The notes under the pieces are model-generated. The model was not told the DNA's origin. It did no database searches and saw only the letters and a list, made by a program, of their open reading frames with translations. The position numbers and the translations under genes were made by a program. From the NCBI GenBank assembly GCA_035221665.1, contig CM069139.1, positions 57,474,001 through 57,538,000 of the forward strand: a DNA stretch of 64,000 bases, given 5' to 3'. This DNA comes from Okamejei kenojei (taxonomy: Eukaryota). Positions 25,699-39,700 of the stretch are shown here, one piece after another. Each line of letters begins with the position of its first letter. Position 1 is the first letter of the stretch.

Positions 25699-28600
25699 GA
25701 GGGGGGAACACTGTTTCTAACTTCGAACCGACGGGTGTGTGCCTTTTGTCGGGTAGTTTGCAGATGAGTGTTTATACAATGTGGGAGCAGAGAACTAGTT
25801 ACTTTAAGAATACTTTCAGACCATGGTGTGTTAATCAAGTCCCACCCATGTTGCTCATGCCTGTGTACATGTAAAAACCTGGATTGATTAGTATATATAT
25901 TTTTAAGTGTGATACAACCAGAAGTTATAGTTTGCACAATGTTAAAAAAGAAAAAAACACACAAACTTGGGTGTTTGCAAATAATGACAATTTTCAATGA
26001 TGTGTCTGAATTGGAATCTCAAAAATGAATTGATTTTTGGCTAACTTATGTTTGGTCTGTAGATTATACTTATTGTAGTTAAATATCAACACTATCCAAA
26101 AAAAGATATATTCAAAGGAAGAAATGAATGAAATAAAATAGAAAAGTAAATACAACCCGCACATTAGAAATACACCAAAGTTTCAACAATTCTTTAGGAA
26201 AATCTTTTTATCATCGAAAACACAGCAAAGACAGGTGTGGATGTTAGATGTTGAAATGAGTTAAAAGCAAACGGAGTAAGATTTTAACGTTAAACCTAGT
26301 AAAAGATAATGAAAAATATAGTCAAATCAGGACACTTAAAACTTTGAATGAATGAATAATAAATACAACTTTGCCAAGTCGAAAGGGCATGGCTGCACAA
26401 TACCCTACTTTATGTCTCAGCGATAATACTGGATGCATATGCTTGCTTCCAACTATCCCTATCCACACACAAAATATCTTCATAAGGATTTAGTAGTCAT
26501 CAAGCAGTTGTATCTTTCTCCCCATGTGGCAGATTGTCACCACTGAATAGGCAAGGAGAGGTGTGTGCTTTTGGGGTGTCAGGCAGCTGTCACAGATCTG
26601 TCACTTCTATAATGAAGGCAATCCTAGCTCACAACAAATTAAAACACATTTCCTTTCAATCGGCGCTATTCAAGATCTAAATCAGTTCAAACGCTCTAGC
26701 CATTTCATGTGCAAATAAAACAATACAGTACATGCATGGATGAGAATGGCTACACACCAGGTAAACAGAGAAGACTACAAGCTGCTTCAGATCCTTTGAA
26801 ATACTTCTTCATCACCATCAATGCACTAACTTTCACCAGCTGAAATTTAGCTTTGTCTTATTACTGAAAATCCATATCAAAGAAAAAAGAAGTCAAACGA
26901 AATTAATTAACATCTTCAACAATCACTTATACCTTCCAGTGCCCTTCCTGTGATCAAAAAGGCATAAGTAATTGTAACAAAGGTATGAGAGAAAGATTTT
27001 CATCTTTTGTTTGCTGTTATCTCTATTTTCTTTATCAGGTTCCCTAACCTACTCTTCCCTCCCTCATGCAACCAATCAGAGTATTACCAGAAATTAATGT
27101 ACAAAATATTATCACCAGAAAAACAATTTTTGCAACTGTTCCTTGATTTTTTTTAAAAAATACTAATGTTTAATGATTCAAATGCAGACAATATAGAGTG
27201 AAAAGAGCAATGTATGATCATAATCCATTTCACAAGACACCAAGACTAGTTGTGAATAATTTTCATACAGCTCTTCATCACTCTGCTGGTGTTCCGGTTG
27301 CTCAAATTAGTGCCCCTTTGAAAACAAATGGCAGGGGGTTTGATGTAAAAATTTTCATAGTTGAAATCACCAGGAAATAAAGGCTCTAAATTATAATACT
27401 TAATGAAGTGGTAAAGCCTAACGGGTGCGAGATAAATGGGTTGTTATATTTAGTCTGTTTTGTGTTCAGAATGTTGCACCACTGTAACTAAAACTACAGT
27501 TATCATATTATCAAAATGTTAACCTCCCAACCTCATCCCATTATAGTGTGTAAATTAGAATTTTTTAATGGAACACGGTAAATTGGCAATAGCATCTGCC
27601 ATCTGCCAGTAACTTAAACAGGCTAGTTTATCTAATCTCTTCAGTATAAACACTAGTGTGCTACATTTCTACACATCAATATGAATTGAGGTACTTTCCC
27701 ATTTTGAGAAAAAGCAAATTCCATTTTGTATTGAAAGTCAAATATAATCCCCCTCACTATTCTGCGTGGGGATATGGTCACATTTCCCATTATAATCAAA
27801 CTACAATTGTGATTGAAATGCAAGATAAAACGTTTATTAATCTGATCCAGTTTTTTAAACAAGGTCCTGATAAAAGAATATAAAATGCATTAAAATGTCA
27901 TCCAATTGTTCAGCAGAGTTTCTTATTGGTTTTTGTCTTCGCCTGCCAAGAAAGCTTCACAAGTCTATTGTTTCTTTTATAGTGGAAAAATACCTACTGC
28001 GGTCATTTAAAATTACCCCATAATGCGTTCCTCTCTCGGTTTTAAGACACTGGTGAATTTGAGAAGCAGATCCTATATTGCGGTCTCCCTTGCGACCGAG
28101 GGGGTTTTCTAAGTACAATAATGCGATTTCCACACCTACAGTCCTTCCCCAGGTAACCCTTCAAATGCTTCAGGGAGACAGTGAGATTTCAAGAAATTGC
28201 AGCACTTTTCTGATTCTCTCGGGAGCATGCCTCTACTTTAGTGCGCTGAACGCGACTATCAGTACTATCCCTCTGTACGTCCAGCTGACAATCTCTCGCT
28301 AGGTATTCGCTCGACGTACAGTATGTCATTTATACATGTGCAGCGTGTGTTCCAAGCTGACTGGAGACCAGCTGAAAACTTCGGTGTTCCCCATTTCAAC
28401 CTTCACCACACCTGCTGCCTCTTCGCGCCGATGCGAGGGGACCCCTCTAAAACACATGCACAATTCTTCCTAAAAACACCGTAACACTCGCAGGTTGACT
28501 ATGCAACAGGACAAACGTCAAAGCGTGACTCTACTGCCGTTAACTTCGCGGTATCGTTAAAACGAATCACTGACAAATCCATATAAGGCGACTGTGTCAA

Positions 28601-29196
28601 TTGAATCTCGGCATCCTAAGCACATTGGCCAGGTATCGATCGGTTTGAATAAATAAACACATGAAACATTTTAATGCACGTGTAAAATGCTCCAAAGCAC
28701 TGTTCTCTCCAACCACAACCGAAAACACAACTTTAACCGGAACATTAGAAACGATGTGACGCCAACAGGCCCTCCGTAAAAACAGATATTTGCCTAGAGC
28801 GCTCAGTGCCCAATTGCGGGTTTCATTTTAAGTATGCAAACCCTCTGTTTCCATAACCTCACAAAACATAAATAATTCCCTCCTTGCAACTTGCATCGGT
28901 TTCAGTCTCTGACCCCGCCACGATTCTCCGGGCGGTAATAAACACGGCAATCACTACATCTGGAAAACTTGGAATGCAAAAGTTAACAGCGCTCACTCCA
29001 ACCCAACAGGCCTTGAAACTTCGCATTAGATGCATCTTTAAAAAAAAAAGCAGGGATCGCCAGTCAGCGCGTTGTGGAACTTTGCAGCGCCGTAATGCCA
29101 AATTCAAGCAGAAACGCTTTCGCAAGTCTCCGGTGCCAAGAGACGAGGTGGGACCTTAGAGAAAGTCCACCACAGGTAAACAGTCGCGACAATTTA

Positions 29197-29397
<201 letters not shown>

Positions 29398-30310
29398 CTA
29401 GAGGCAAAAAATAACACAAATAATCAGATAGCGAAATTTCAGAAACCAGTGTTCGTGTGGGGAGGTTGGGATAGCAGACATTATATTTAAAGGCGAGGAA
29501 ACAATACTGAAATTGTTCGTGCTCTCAGAATTCTCCAGAGACTGGAGCAACAGGTATTTGAAACAGGACAAAAATATGCAGTTAACATTAGCAAATAACC
29601 CTCCGCATGAAACGACCCATATCATCTTACTACTCATTCATGCTCTCGTTAGAAATGAAATATATTTTGTTCATATCAGAGTGTTGAATAAGACGGGGCA
29701 TCTATCTCTACATTATTGTAACGGCCGAACACGTCGTGCAATTGCTCACAGTGTTTCATGTGATACTTTGCTTTAAAATACTTAGCAATTACTTGACTTT
29801 CCTTACCGCGAACAATAATAATTGTGAAGCGGTTATAGCATTGTGTATTCTGTTCGACACAGTAAGTTAAACACTTCAGCGACTATGGAGATTACTTTGC
29901 AACACTGTAAAATGAATGTTGCATTCAAACTCAAAGCCACATCAAAGAAACACAGCGATCTGCAACTTAAAGTCGAGCACTTATAAACCAAGCACCTTCT
30001 TTTATTAAGAAATCAGCGTTTTAGCCCTTTGAACCTGCCCGGTATATTTTGTTTCAGGTTTATCTTAGAAAAATCAAGCGCCGTCAGTGAAAAACAGCCA
30101 ATGCTCCTTCTTTTAACGACACGTCAATTTTTATTTTTTACAACGTCTCCTCAAATAATTCAACAAAATAGATGTTTGGTTTATATGTTTCATTCACAAG
30201 TAAGCACGGTTTTTTGTACAGTATTTAAAGCAGTGAGCGTTCCGACTACACAAACGCATTTACAAATATAAGAGATCGAACCCCCCCCCCAAAAAAAAAA
30301 CAGATGTTAC

Positions 30311-30361
30311 CTTTTCTAACTCCAAGAGATGGAACCTTAATACTTGTATAGCTTGAATCAT
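30311..30361 (-). CDS. MEIS2: Meis2 exon 5 (MIQAIQVLRFHLLELEK; HM2, PBX-interaction region)
   Basis: ttgcag|ATG ... AAG|gtaaca, 51 nt, translated by hand. Confidence 0.96.
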
Positions 30362-31041
30362 CTGCAAATTTATCACACATGTTAGACATGCCAAACAGAA
30401 ATACTAATCATTCTTTAATTCTTTGGTAGACTTCTATGGCGAAAGTAAAACTTTAAACATTTCAGCCGCGCAGATTACATTGTTTTTTTAATCTTTCCAA
30501 ATCCAACGTTATAGCATTCAGTTCTGTTATGAAATCTTTCCGTGCTCCCCATGTAATTTTACACGGGCTAAAACAAAACTTTGCGGGTTTCTTTAAAAAC
30601 GCTCTTAGAACTAAGAGGCTGTCTTAACCGGGCCGACAAATCTCAATACGTGTTTGAAGTCGGGGTTTGGCTCGTTTAAAACCGAAATCAGTGGGATTTT
30701 GCAAAACGATCGTGTCGAAAGTGCGGGGAATGCTGAAGGGGCTCTTTCTTGCCAAGCGGTTTCCTGAACATCCCCAAACCTCCCGCGGCTGGCGAGCGGG
30801 GTTGTGATGCATGTGTTACTCCGGTAACATTTCATCTCATGTGAAACGGCACCGAAATAAATGGGAGTTATTTTAGGGCCATGCTAATTAAAATCCAGCA
30901 AAAGGGTCATCCTTGTTCTAATAGTTACACGAGGCTGTATTTTCTTTACAGACAGCAACTCACGTGCACTGTGTGTGTGTGTGTGTATATATATTATATA
31001 TATATTGTGTTATAAAGATAATAAAATGTTGAAAGTCTTAC

Positions 31042-31092
31042 CAAGTTATCCAGCTCTGGATTTGAGGAGAATAATGGCTTTTCTGCGCGAAC
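31042..31092 (-). CDS. MEIS2: Meis2 exon 4 (VRAEKPLFSSNPELDNL)
   Basis: ttcag|GTT ... TTG|gtaaga, 51 nt, translated by hand; too short for the ORF track. Confidence 0.96.
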
Positions 31093-31286
31093 CTGAACGA
31101 TAAGGGAAATAAATTAGCTTAATGCAATCTATGCATTAAGTTTGAAAACTTATCTTTAAACATAAGGATAGCCTTGGCGTCTCAAAAGGCAAGGTACACT
31201 TACTAAATAAATAGAATGTGAAACACAATTAGTGTATAAATGATATGTAATTACTTGTAATTTGAGACATTTATTAAAATATTTCA

Positions 31287-31571
<285 letters not shown>

Positions 31572-32187
31572 TCAATTCTTTACGGTCTTGCAGTACATGA
31601 ACCCTTTAAAACTATGTCATGATTTCTTTTTTTCATTTCAATAAAGAGAGTTCCCAGCCCTTCCTTCTATCTGCATTTCTTTGAGGAAAACCCCTGCAAC
31701 TGGCTCACAAACTGATCATTCACGATTGGAGAACAGGGCTGCTACTAACGAGCACTGGTTAATATTGTGAATTATAGATTAACAAATGTATATAGTTATT
31801 CACCCCTCCAAGTTAAGCAACAAGGCAGCAGCCATTTTGAAGTAAAACATAACTTAGAACAGAAACAGTGCAAAAAAAAAACTTGCAGCTTCCGGTCACT
31901 ACAGAAAGCCACAATCATTCACGTTGGTGAATGGTAAAACAAAATATTCACGTGCATGTAAAACAATATCACGGGGGATCCGACTGCACGGCGTGTCAGC
32001 AAAATAGTGACACAAAGTTCAGTGCCCCGTGCGTGCATGCTAAAACTTTTCAAAACAACTAGATACTTTCTAACCCTCCCGAACTTGCTCTTTTTTTATA
32101 TTTTGCTTACTACTGAGTTGTTGATAAACAGTTTCCCTCTTACTCTCTCTGAGGAGTGTCAGTGTTCTTATATATTTTATTACCTAC

Positions 32188-32417
32188 CCATAAATTGCAT
32201 CTTTATCTCGCTTTAGGGCATCGTTGACAGCGGAGCCCATGCTCGTGGGCATGACATTAGGATGAGGTGTATGTGGCCCGTAGTGTTGGCTATGGAGCGG
32301 TGGTCCGTGGTTGAGGTGGTGAACTGGAGGGATCGGCCGGGGGGCGTGAGGATCTCCGTACATGGACGCCGGGACGCCAACTCCATCCATCCCACCGTAA
32401 TGAGCAAGTTCATCGTA
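32188..32417 (-). CDS. MEIS2: Meis2 exon 2 ([42 protein letters not shown]...[12 protein letters not shown])
   Basis: cag|TAC acceptor and TAT GG|gtaggt donor, 230 nt. [25 protein letters not shown] matches MEIS2 rather than MEIS1. Confidence 0.97.
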
Positions 32418-32706
32418 CTGCATCGAAGAGAGCAACATAGGAGCAGGAAAGGTGGTGGGTGGGTGGGTGGATGGTCGGGAGGTTGGGGAGGAGAGAAGAA
32501 GGGAGAAATATTGTAACAGAATTGCTTTGAAAACAGCAGACCCACGATAAGCATAACACCCGACCGTGCATATAATAGTTTGCATTTACACCGATCTTTT
32601 TTGTTGTTGTTGTACATGGGCCGCCATCATCATTAGATGAGAAGAATCGAACAGGCCGCACTGATACAGGATTATCCGATAGGTGAGTGCTGCAGAGTAA
32701 ACCTAC

Positions 32707-32718
32707 CCTTTGCGCCAT
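32707..32718 (-). CDS. MEIS2: Meis2 coding exon 1 (MAQR)
   Basis: Minus strand reads ...gcaggctg ATG GCG CAA AGG|gtaggt. A 12-nt MAQR first coding exon is typical of Meis1/2, and it splices in frame to YDEL of exon 2. Confidence 0.95.
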
Positions 32719-32887
32719 CAGCCTGCGCTCCCACACTCGTGGATGTGCCGTCTCTGTAATATCCCCCAGTTCGCCTTAGTTGTGATTGCACGAGATCCCT
32801 TTATTTTCCCAATCCAGTTTTCGACTTCTGCTTATCCTCCAGTACCGCAGTTTAAAGCGGACCCAGGGAAGGAAACTTTGCCTTTTT

Positions 32888-32923
<36 letters not shown>

Positions 32924-33760
32924 CCCTTGTTTTCTTTTCCAGAAGAAGCGAAAAAAAATGTCAAGCCAAAAAAAAAAAAACACTGAAGGTTACGATCGGC
33001 CCGTCAACAGCCTGCTTGTAACAAAACTGTCGTCTCTCATGGCTTTTTGCCACTCCAGCTGTCAATCAAAGCAGGGTTGTCAAGGTATTGAATGAATGAT
33101 GTTCAGCCGTTGCAACAACTCCGCTGCCTTGGACCGCTATCTTACTGTAAGAAGAAACGGCGATGAAAACGTTCACGAGGAGTTAACAACAAAAAATAAG
33201 AGAGAGAATGGGGTGAAAAGCAGCCTCGGCTTCTTTCGTGGCTTTTTTTTGTTGTTTGTTTGAATAAGTGGCTGTCAGTAAGTATTGAGGAGGTGGCAGG
33301 TTGGTTGGTTACAGAGTGAGTGTGTTGTCAGTAATAATGCGCTGGCAGCGCTGAGCGGCGGCGGCGGGAGAATGACGGAACCCGGAAGTAGTGTGGCCAT
33401 AGCCAGTCTTACGCCAACCAGTCTCTGATATGCAGAGTATGCAATCCGGACTGCTGCAAGTCATAGGGGGGGAAGCCGAACAAAAATCCCCAACCGCATC
33501 CCGCCCCCCTCCCGCACCGGCACCACCTCCCAACCCCCTCTCTCCCTTTCCAATAAGATTAAAAGTCAAGATCTCTAAATCAATCAGCATTGTGTTACCC
33601 CAACAAGGTTCACTGTCCCGCTTCTCTTTTCATGTCAAGCACGATCTTGGTGACAACAACAAAAAGTTGTCGGCTTGTTAAAATATTTCAAAACTTCCCA
33701 AAGTGAGCTATTGGCTACAACGCCGCGGCGCCCTTTCTTAAACTTAGCCCCTCTTGTAAT
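32719..33760 (-). promoter_or_regulatory. Meis2 5' UTR and proximal promoter
   Basis: Immediately upstream of the ATG and CpG-rich. Contains TGATTGACAG (33059-33068, minus), an ETS motif CCGGAAGT (33382-33389), CCAAT boxes (about 33550 and 33710), a GCG repeat (about 33356) and a (CT)n tract (about 32890-32923). The TSS cannot be located from sequence alone. Confidence 0.7.
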
Positions 33761-36700
33761 TCGCACTAATGAGATCCAGCGGTTAAAGAATTTCCACACT
33801 TGCCACACTTACAAATATAACATAGGCAACCCGTTAAGTCGTCCCCTTTACGAATGACCTGGACGCGAGCGGGCGTGTTGGGATGGAAGCGCTTCAGTAG
33901 AACGGCGTCGGTTTTATTTGAGTAAGTGGTTAGTTGCGAAGTTCAACAGGCTTTAACATTATTTTGCATCCAGACACTCTGTGTGCAAGGTTGTTTTCCT
34001 CCGGTTTACTTTTCCGAGCTTTGTTGTGGTTTTGCAGTGTTGCTTAAGACATTTATCACGGTAATCCCCCATAATGATGCGCCTAATTGTCTGGTGTTAT
34101 TTAAAAAAATTAAGTGCGCTCCCCGCACCCCCTTGAGCACAAATGAACTTTTCCAACCAAAAAAAAAAGCTTTTGCAGGGAAAGTAATTTTGTGCCGCTC
34201 GTCCAATCCTTTTGCTGGATCCAATTCATGCACCCAGCCGTACATCATGGCAGTCAATTATCATAGCTTCATCTGATCATCAATCACAGGAGATGCTCGA
34301 AGTTAAGGGGCGGAGCATTAGTCGACCCATCGATTGCAGGAGTTTTGTCTTTCCCCCCCCCCTCGTTCACGGTCCCCTGCACACAAAGGCCAAAGCGGAC
34401 TATTCCGTTTAATATTTGCCTTCATCAATAGACACGCTGCCTTTTGTGCATGTGACATCACATATCGACGGTTCCACAAAAATGGCAAAATACATTGTCT
34501 ACGGGATATTTGATTTCCAAAATTAAGCACGAATCACGACTTTGTCAAGGCAGACAGAATATGTGCACTTTATTTTTTTTACGGACACTGGGTATAAAAA
34601 CAAATGCAACTTTAGAGGTCAATAAAGCAAAAAAAAAAAGATGAATGATTAGGAGGATGATGATGATAGTGATAACCACAGCAATTAAGCAGTTTGATTA
34701 AACGAGGCATCATAACAACAATGATGTTTGTGAAAACACCCCTCATATAAAAGTAAGATAGTGCAGCGGTTGAGATACGCCAGTGGGCATTCCAACACGC
34801 TTCTGCCTGAGTTTACCAGGGAGTATTGACAATGCAGGACACCGTCGAAAATCCGCTCCCAAAATACTTTTACGCATTGTTCCCCCTCTCTTCGTCCCCC
34901 GAAAAGAGAAAAAAAAAGAAGTCCAGCTACTGAAGACCAAGCTGCCTTCCGCGACGTTCTTCAAATAATACTTTTCTGGTATACTGTGCTAGCGACCTGT
35001 CCTCCTGTACAGCGTGGTAAGTGCAAGCGCGTCTTTAGCAAGTGTTTCATTAATAAGCATTTATTCTTAGATACAAATGACAACGTTGTCATGGTTTTGC
35101 CTAAACGTGCGGCCACACATTTATGATTGCTCTGTTGTAATTTGCGTATAATGCAGCAAGGCAACGCGACGGAAGATGGGTGCATGTAGCGCGGTGGGCT
35201 AATGGGTGAGACGCTCGGGTTTTAATTCAAGGAGCCACACATTTTCACCTATTTGCTATCGGTTGCAAGGGTTTCTGAACGGAACCCGAAACGGGGTACA
35301 AGTCGTTTGCAAAGTGCGAAACCTTTATGAAGCAATAAAGCGACGAGCTGGTAGCAGCGATGAGTAGGGGTGTTCTCAAGTGATAAATAAAAGTAAATGT
35401 TGTGTGACAGTCATCGGTGACTATTGAAAATGCATTTGTTCCGACTCATTTTTTGTAAATGGGTTTGACTGCGGCATCGTACCGTAACCATTTATATCTG
35501 TTGGAATATGTTGCAACTCGTCGAGTTGCAGATTAAATATTCCAACTGTACTCGGGCACAGATCTGTAAACTATATTCAGAAATAGGTAATTCCTTTCAG
35601 GCATCGGGGGATTCTTTTTTTTAACATCTTGCAGGTCATCTGCAATGCGTGTGTTATTTGCCAAATAACAACGTTTTGATTTTAAAGTTTCACAATCAGA
35701 TTTGTGTGATCAAAAAAAAAGTTTTGTTATAATTTCTCTAATTTCTAGCCAATATTATCAGAAAACGATTGGGTCTCAGGTACCACTTATAAAGGTCGGC
35801 AATCAGCAAGGCGCGGGGTCCTCCATATAAAAATGGGTTTCACCCGTCGTTTTATCGATGGAAATCTATTTATATAATGCTTACATTTCTTTGTGTGTGC
35901 AGAACGGAAGCACTTTAACGTAAACCGCGGCCTCGCGTTTAATAAAGATTCACAACGGACAACTAAAAAGTAATAGTATTCAAATACAGACTATCAAATC
36001 GCGAAGAACATTTGTGTAAATTGCTTCGATGGTTTTCAATAAGAACCAACCCCATTACCAGACAGTTTTTTGTGACGATTTATTCCTGAATACATTAAAT
36101 CTTGTTTGAGTTTTTTTTGTTTCCCATAAAACTTTGGATTGGTTTCTGTTCTGGAAAAATATTTTGGATGTCCAGTTCAATATATTCACTGTTTTGCAGT
36201 TTTACATTTATACTAATCTATACGTCTCAACGTGAATTTAATACTGAAATAAAGGATTTCCTCTGTGATTTCATTAAGAGATGGGACTTGAATAGCTGCC
36301 GTTCAGATAATGTAAATCTGTGCTCTGTTATGGAGTACATCTCCATCAACGTGCAGATAGTAGGGGACAGAAGAAGATTGCTTTAACAGCCGGTAAAATT
36401 TCATCTTCTGGTGTCACATTGGGGTCATCTTGGGGTTAGAGCTATCACTGTTCAGTCTGACTAGTCCAGCTGTGTTGAGATTCATTAAGAGTACAGTATC
36501 TGTTTCAAGAAAAACAGCACTAAGACAATCAGAGGGGGAAGGATCCCGCTGTTGTTGAAACTACAAGTGCGCCGAACGAAATGGTAAATTATCAAAACTT
36601 CCTTAAATCCGCCACGAAATCCGGCAGAAACGCTCCTTGCCCACACCTCGTCCCAACCCCAACAGCCACATCCCTCTATTGTTTTTCAGCCCCATTTTAA

Positions 36701-39700
36701 TTTAAAACATTGATACCATTCAGATGTACTAATGCTACACTGTGTTGGTGAGCAGAACACGTCCACATCATGCTATTGAGTAATCTGCTTGTGTCGCAGA
36801 AATAAAACGCATTTTCAATTTTAAATGAAAATCATCATGAAAAGGTGAAGAGAAACGTATTCTTCTAAACTAAATTTTACATCAGTGTGAAGATATTTGT
36901 TTAATTATTTATTCCTGAATACACAAATGCATGGATATATTACTTATAACCCGACTAAGCTAAAATAGCTCTTTATATATCTTGTCAATAACGCCAATAA
37001 CGATAAAATGTGTTTTAACTTAAGGTATCACGAACCATCAATGGAGTGTCGAGTGACAGAAGCTCAGAACAAGGAAGGAAAACGTAAAGGAAGACGATGA
37101 CATTACGGATCTGCAATTATTTTGGTGATCTCGTTTACAAAAGGGATAGGTTTGAGTTTTCCCGACATTACGCACGGTTAACGCTTTATTTAGTTTAATT
37201 TAGATTGTCTTTTATTCTACGATTATGTGAGTGCGTCTTTATTACCGGTTCGGGCGTACATTGTTTCCCCCTGGACTATGTAAATTTCTTCATTTCTTCT
37301 CAGCAAAACTTTGGAGACTTCGCTTGCTCGGGTAAAGAGGTAAGACACGACATTGAACCCAAACATTTGCATTTTGTGGCTATTTCAATCAGTCACTTTA
37401 TTCCAGAACTATGTTACCTAAATCGCTAAAATAGTAGAGTTATAGCTTGCTTAGTTTTTTAAAGAATCATAAACCTCATTTTATTCCACCCAAAATAGGG
37501 ATAGGAAAAAAGATCGAGGGCGATTACGTTGAACTTCTGTTGACCCCAATGCAAATACGGCTTTAACAAGCCCTTCGCACTGGATCTGATGTGAAGTCGT
37601 TACCTGCAAACGGCCTCGTATTAAATTTAACGCATTCCCTTATACTGCCCCAATCTCGGCAAAATCAACTAAACCGAGAGATATGAACTTTTGGAAAGTG
37701 TTCTGCCTTGGTGGGCGATTAGTTCATCCGAAGGCACTTCTTTTCGACAGCCCTTTAGCGCTATCTGGCGGGGCTGGGTGTAGTAATCCAGTTACTAATA
37801 TATACTCAACTGTATTCCCCGAAATATATCAGAAAGCCTTGTAGCTGTACAAAGTTTATTTACCAGTAGGACTGGGTCAGCGATCGTTTTTTTTAAATGA
37901 GCAGATTATATTGTACGCATTGAATCTAATTCAAACACAGTTCAATTTGATAACGTTGCCTCCAACACGCCAATGATCTCATTTCGTTTTCATTATCGAG
38001 AGGGTAAACTTTTCGATGACCGTATTACCATGCTGCCTGGAATGTTGAAATGCGTGCACTTTGCGATTGCTGCCTGTTCGCTGTTCTGCGTACTTTTATC
38101 TTCGCCTCACCTCCCAAAGTAATTGATTTCAAAATTAATACATTTTTTTGTTTTGGGAGCTAAAGGCGGTAATTCTAAATTGTCAGAACTGATTGCCGAT
38201 ATTATCTTTCCTCCTTAAGTGCATTTTAAAAGATATCACACATAAAGACTAATTATTTTGATCGCACAATGCCTGACTGCTTGCGAGGGAGATCAACCAT
38301 GCATGGCTGGAAATTTGGAGGTCACTTTTGCGAGAACTTTTTAATCGCTATCGCTGTTGTGGAAATGATAACACCACAATACTTCGCCCACACAATGCTC
38401 CTTCCGCACGCGAATCGCGCATGAAAGCATTTTAAAGAATCGTTACCTGTTTCGCGAAGGGTGTTAATTTCTTTGCCGGGGGGGGGGGGGGGGGGGAGGG
38501 TAGACGAAACGTATTAAGGATATTTAGCTGGATTTTTTTTTTCTTTACTTGGCTGAATGTTTACAATCATTCATTCGGTAATATATAAACCCCTTCCCGT
38601 TTACGTGTTGTTTATTTATCACTCGCAAGGCAAGCGGTATTTCTTTTAAGCAATGTTTTACATTAACCGAATAATGGTAAAAACAAAACAGGCCGATTTA
38701 GGTAGTTATTTTGGATGTTAATAGACTATGCTTCTCTGCTTCTTAAACACAAGCTTCTCGTGTTTATAAGTAGTGGGATCATTTAATGAGTGTCATTAAA
38801 GCGTGTTTCCATTGCAATTATCCCTGGATTAGAACCACCAAACCAGGTTAATTTGAAAAAAAGCAATTAGTGCCGACTGTAACAAAGCAACGAGCAAATC
38901 TTTATGGACTTTTTGTAATAGTCTTGCGATAAATTCCGCCCTTTCCCTATCTTGTGCATATAGCCCTTTTAATCTTGTACAAAAAGGAACGCTAATTTAG
39001 TTTCATACAATGCTTAACATTAACATATTACAGCAGCTGGTTTGTGATTTTCCCTTCTTTCTGTGGCGCCAACGCTTATGTTTTATGTTCCTATCTTCAA
39101 TAAAGCTATTTTAACCGATTTTGTCCTCGATGGTTTGACCTAATTAAATGTAACTTCTTGTCTATACGCTCTTTTGGGTTGCACTGGAAATTGGTTGCAA
39201 ATGACAGTTATTGAAATCACGAATCATTCTGCTTCATCTTTGCAGACACCCAGGAGGTAAGGGTTTATATAATAGGCAGTTTTATTATTTTAATATTATG
39301 ATCAGTGCAAAACTCATAGAGCGTGCGTATTATTTATCGGTACATGGAACACTGTCGGGGCTATTCTGGGGAATCCAATTCGCTATTTTTTCTAATCCTA
39401 TCTGTACACTTTTTTCATTATCTTTGCATTTTTATACGGCAATATGTTTCGGCACATTTGGAACATCCAGCGATTATATTCTTTAAACGTAAAAGGATGA
39501 CTTCAATTTGAAGTGTTTGATCTTTTGAAGCAGTGATGAATATTAATTTTGCATTAATTATAATTATTCACTTGTTAACTTCAATTTAGCTGTTAATGTG
39601 ACTTTGAGCAATGAAATATCATTTGATTATGTTATTGTATACAAAACATGCAAAACTATACAGATTTTTAGACACCATATTGTAATTTTGACCCAAGCAG

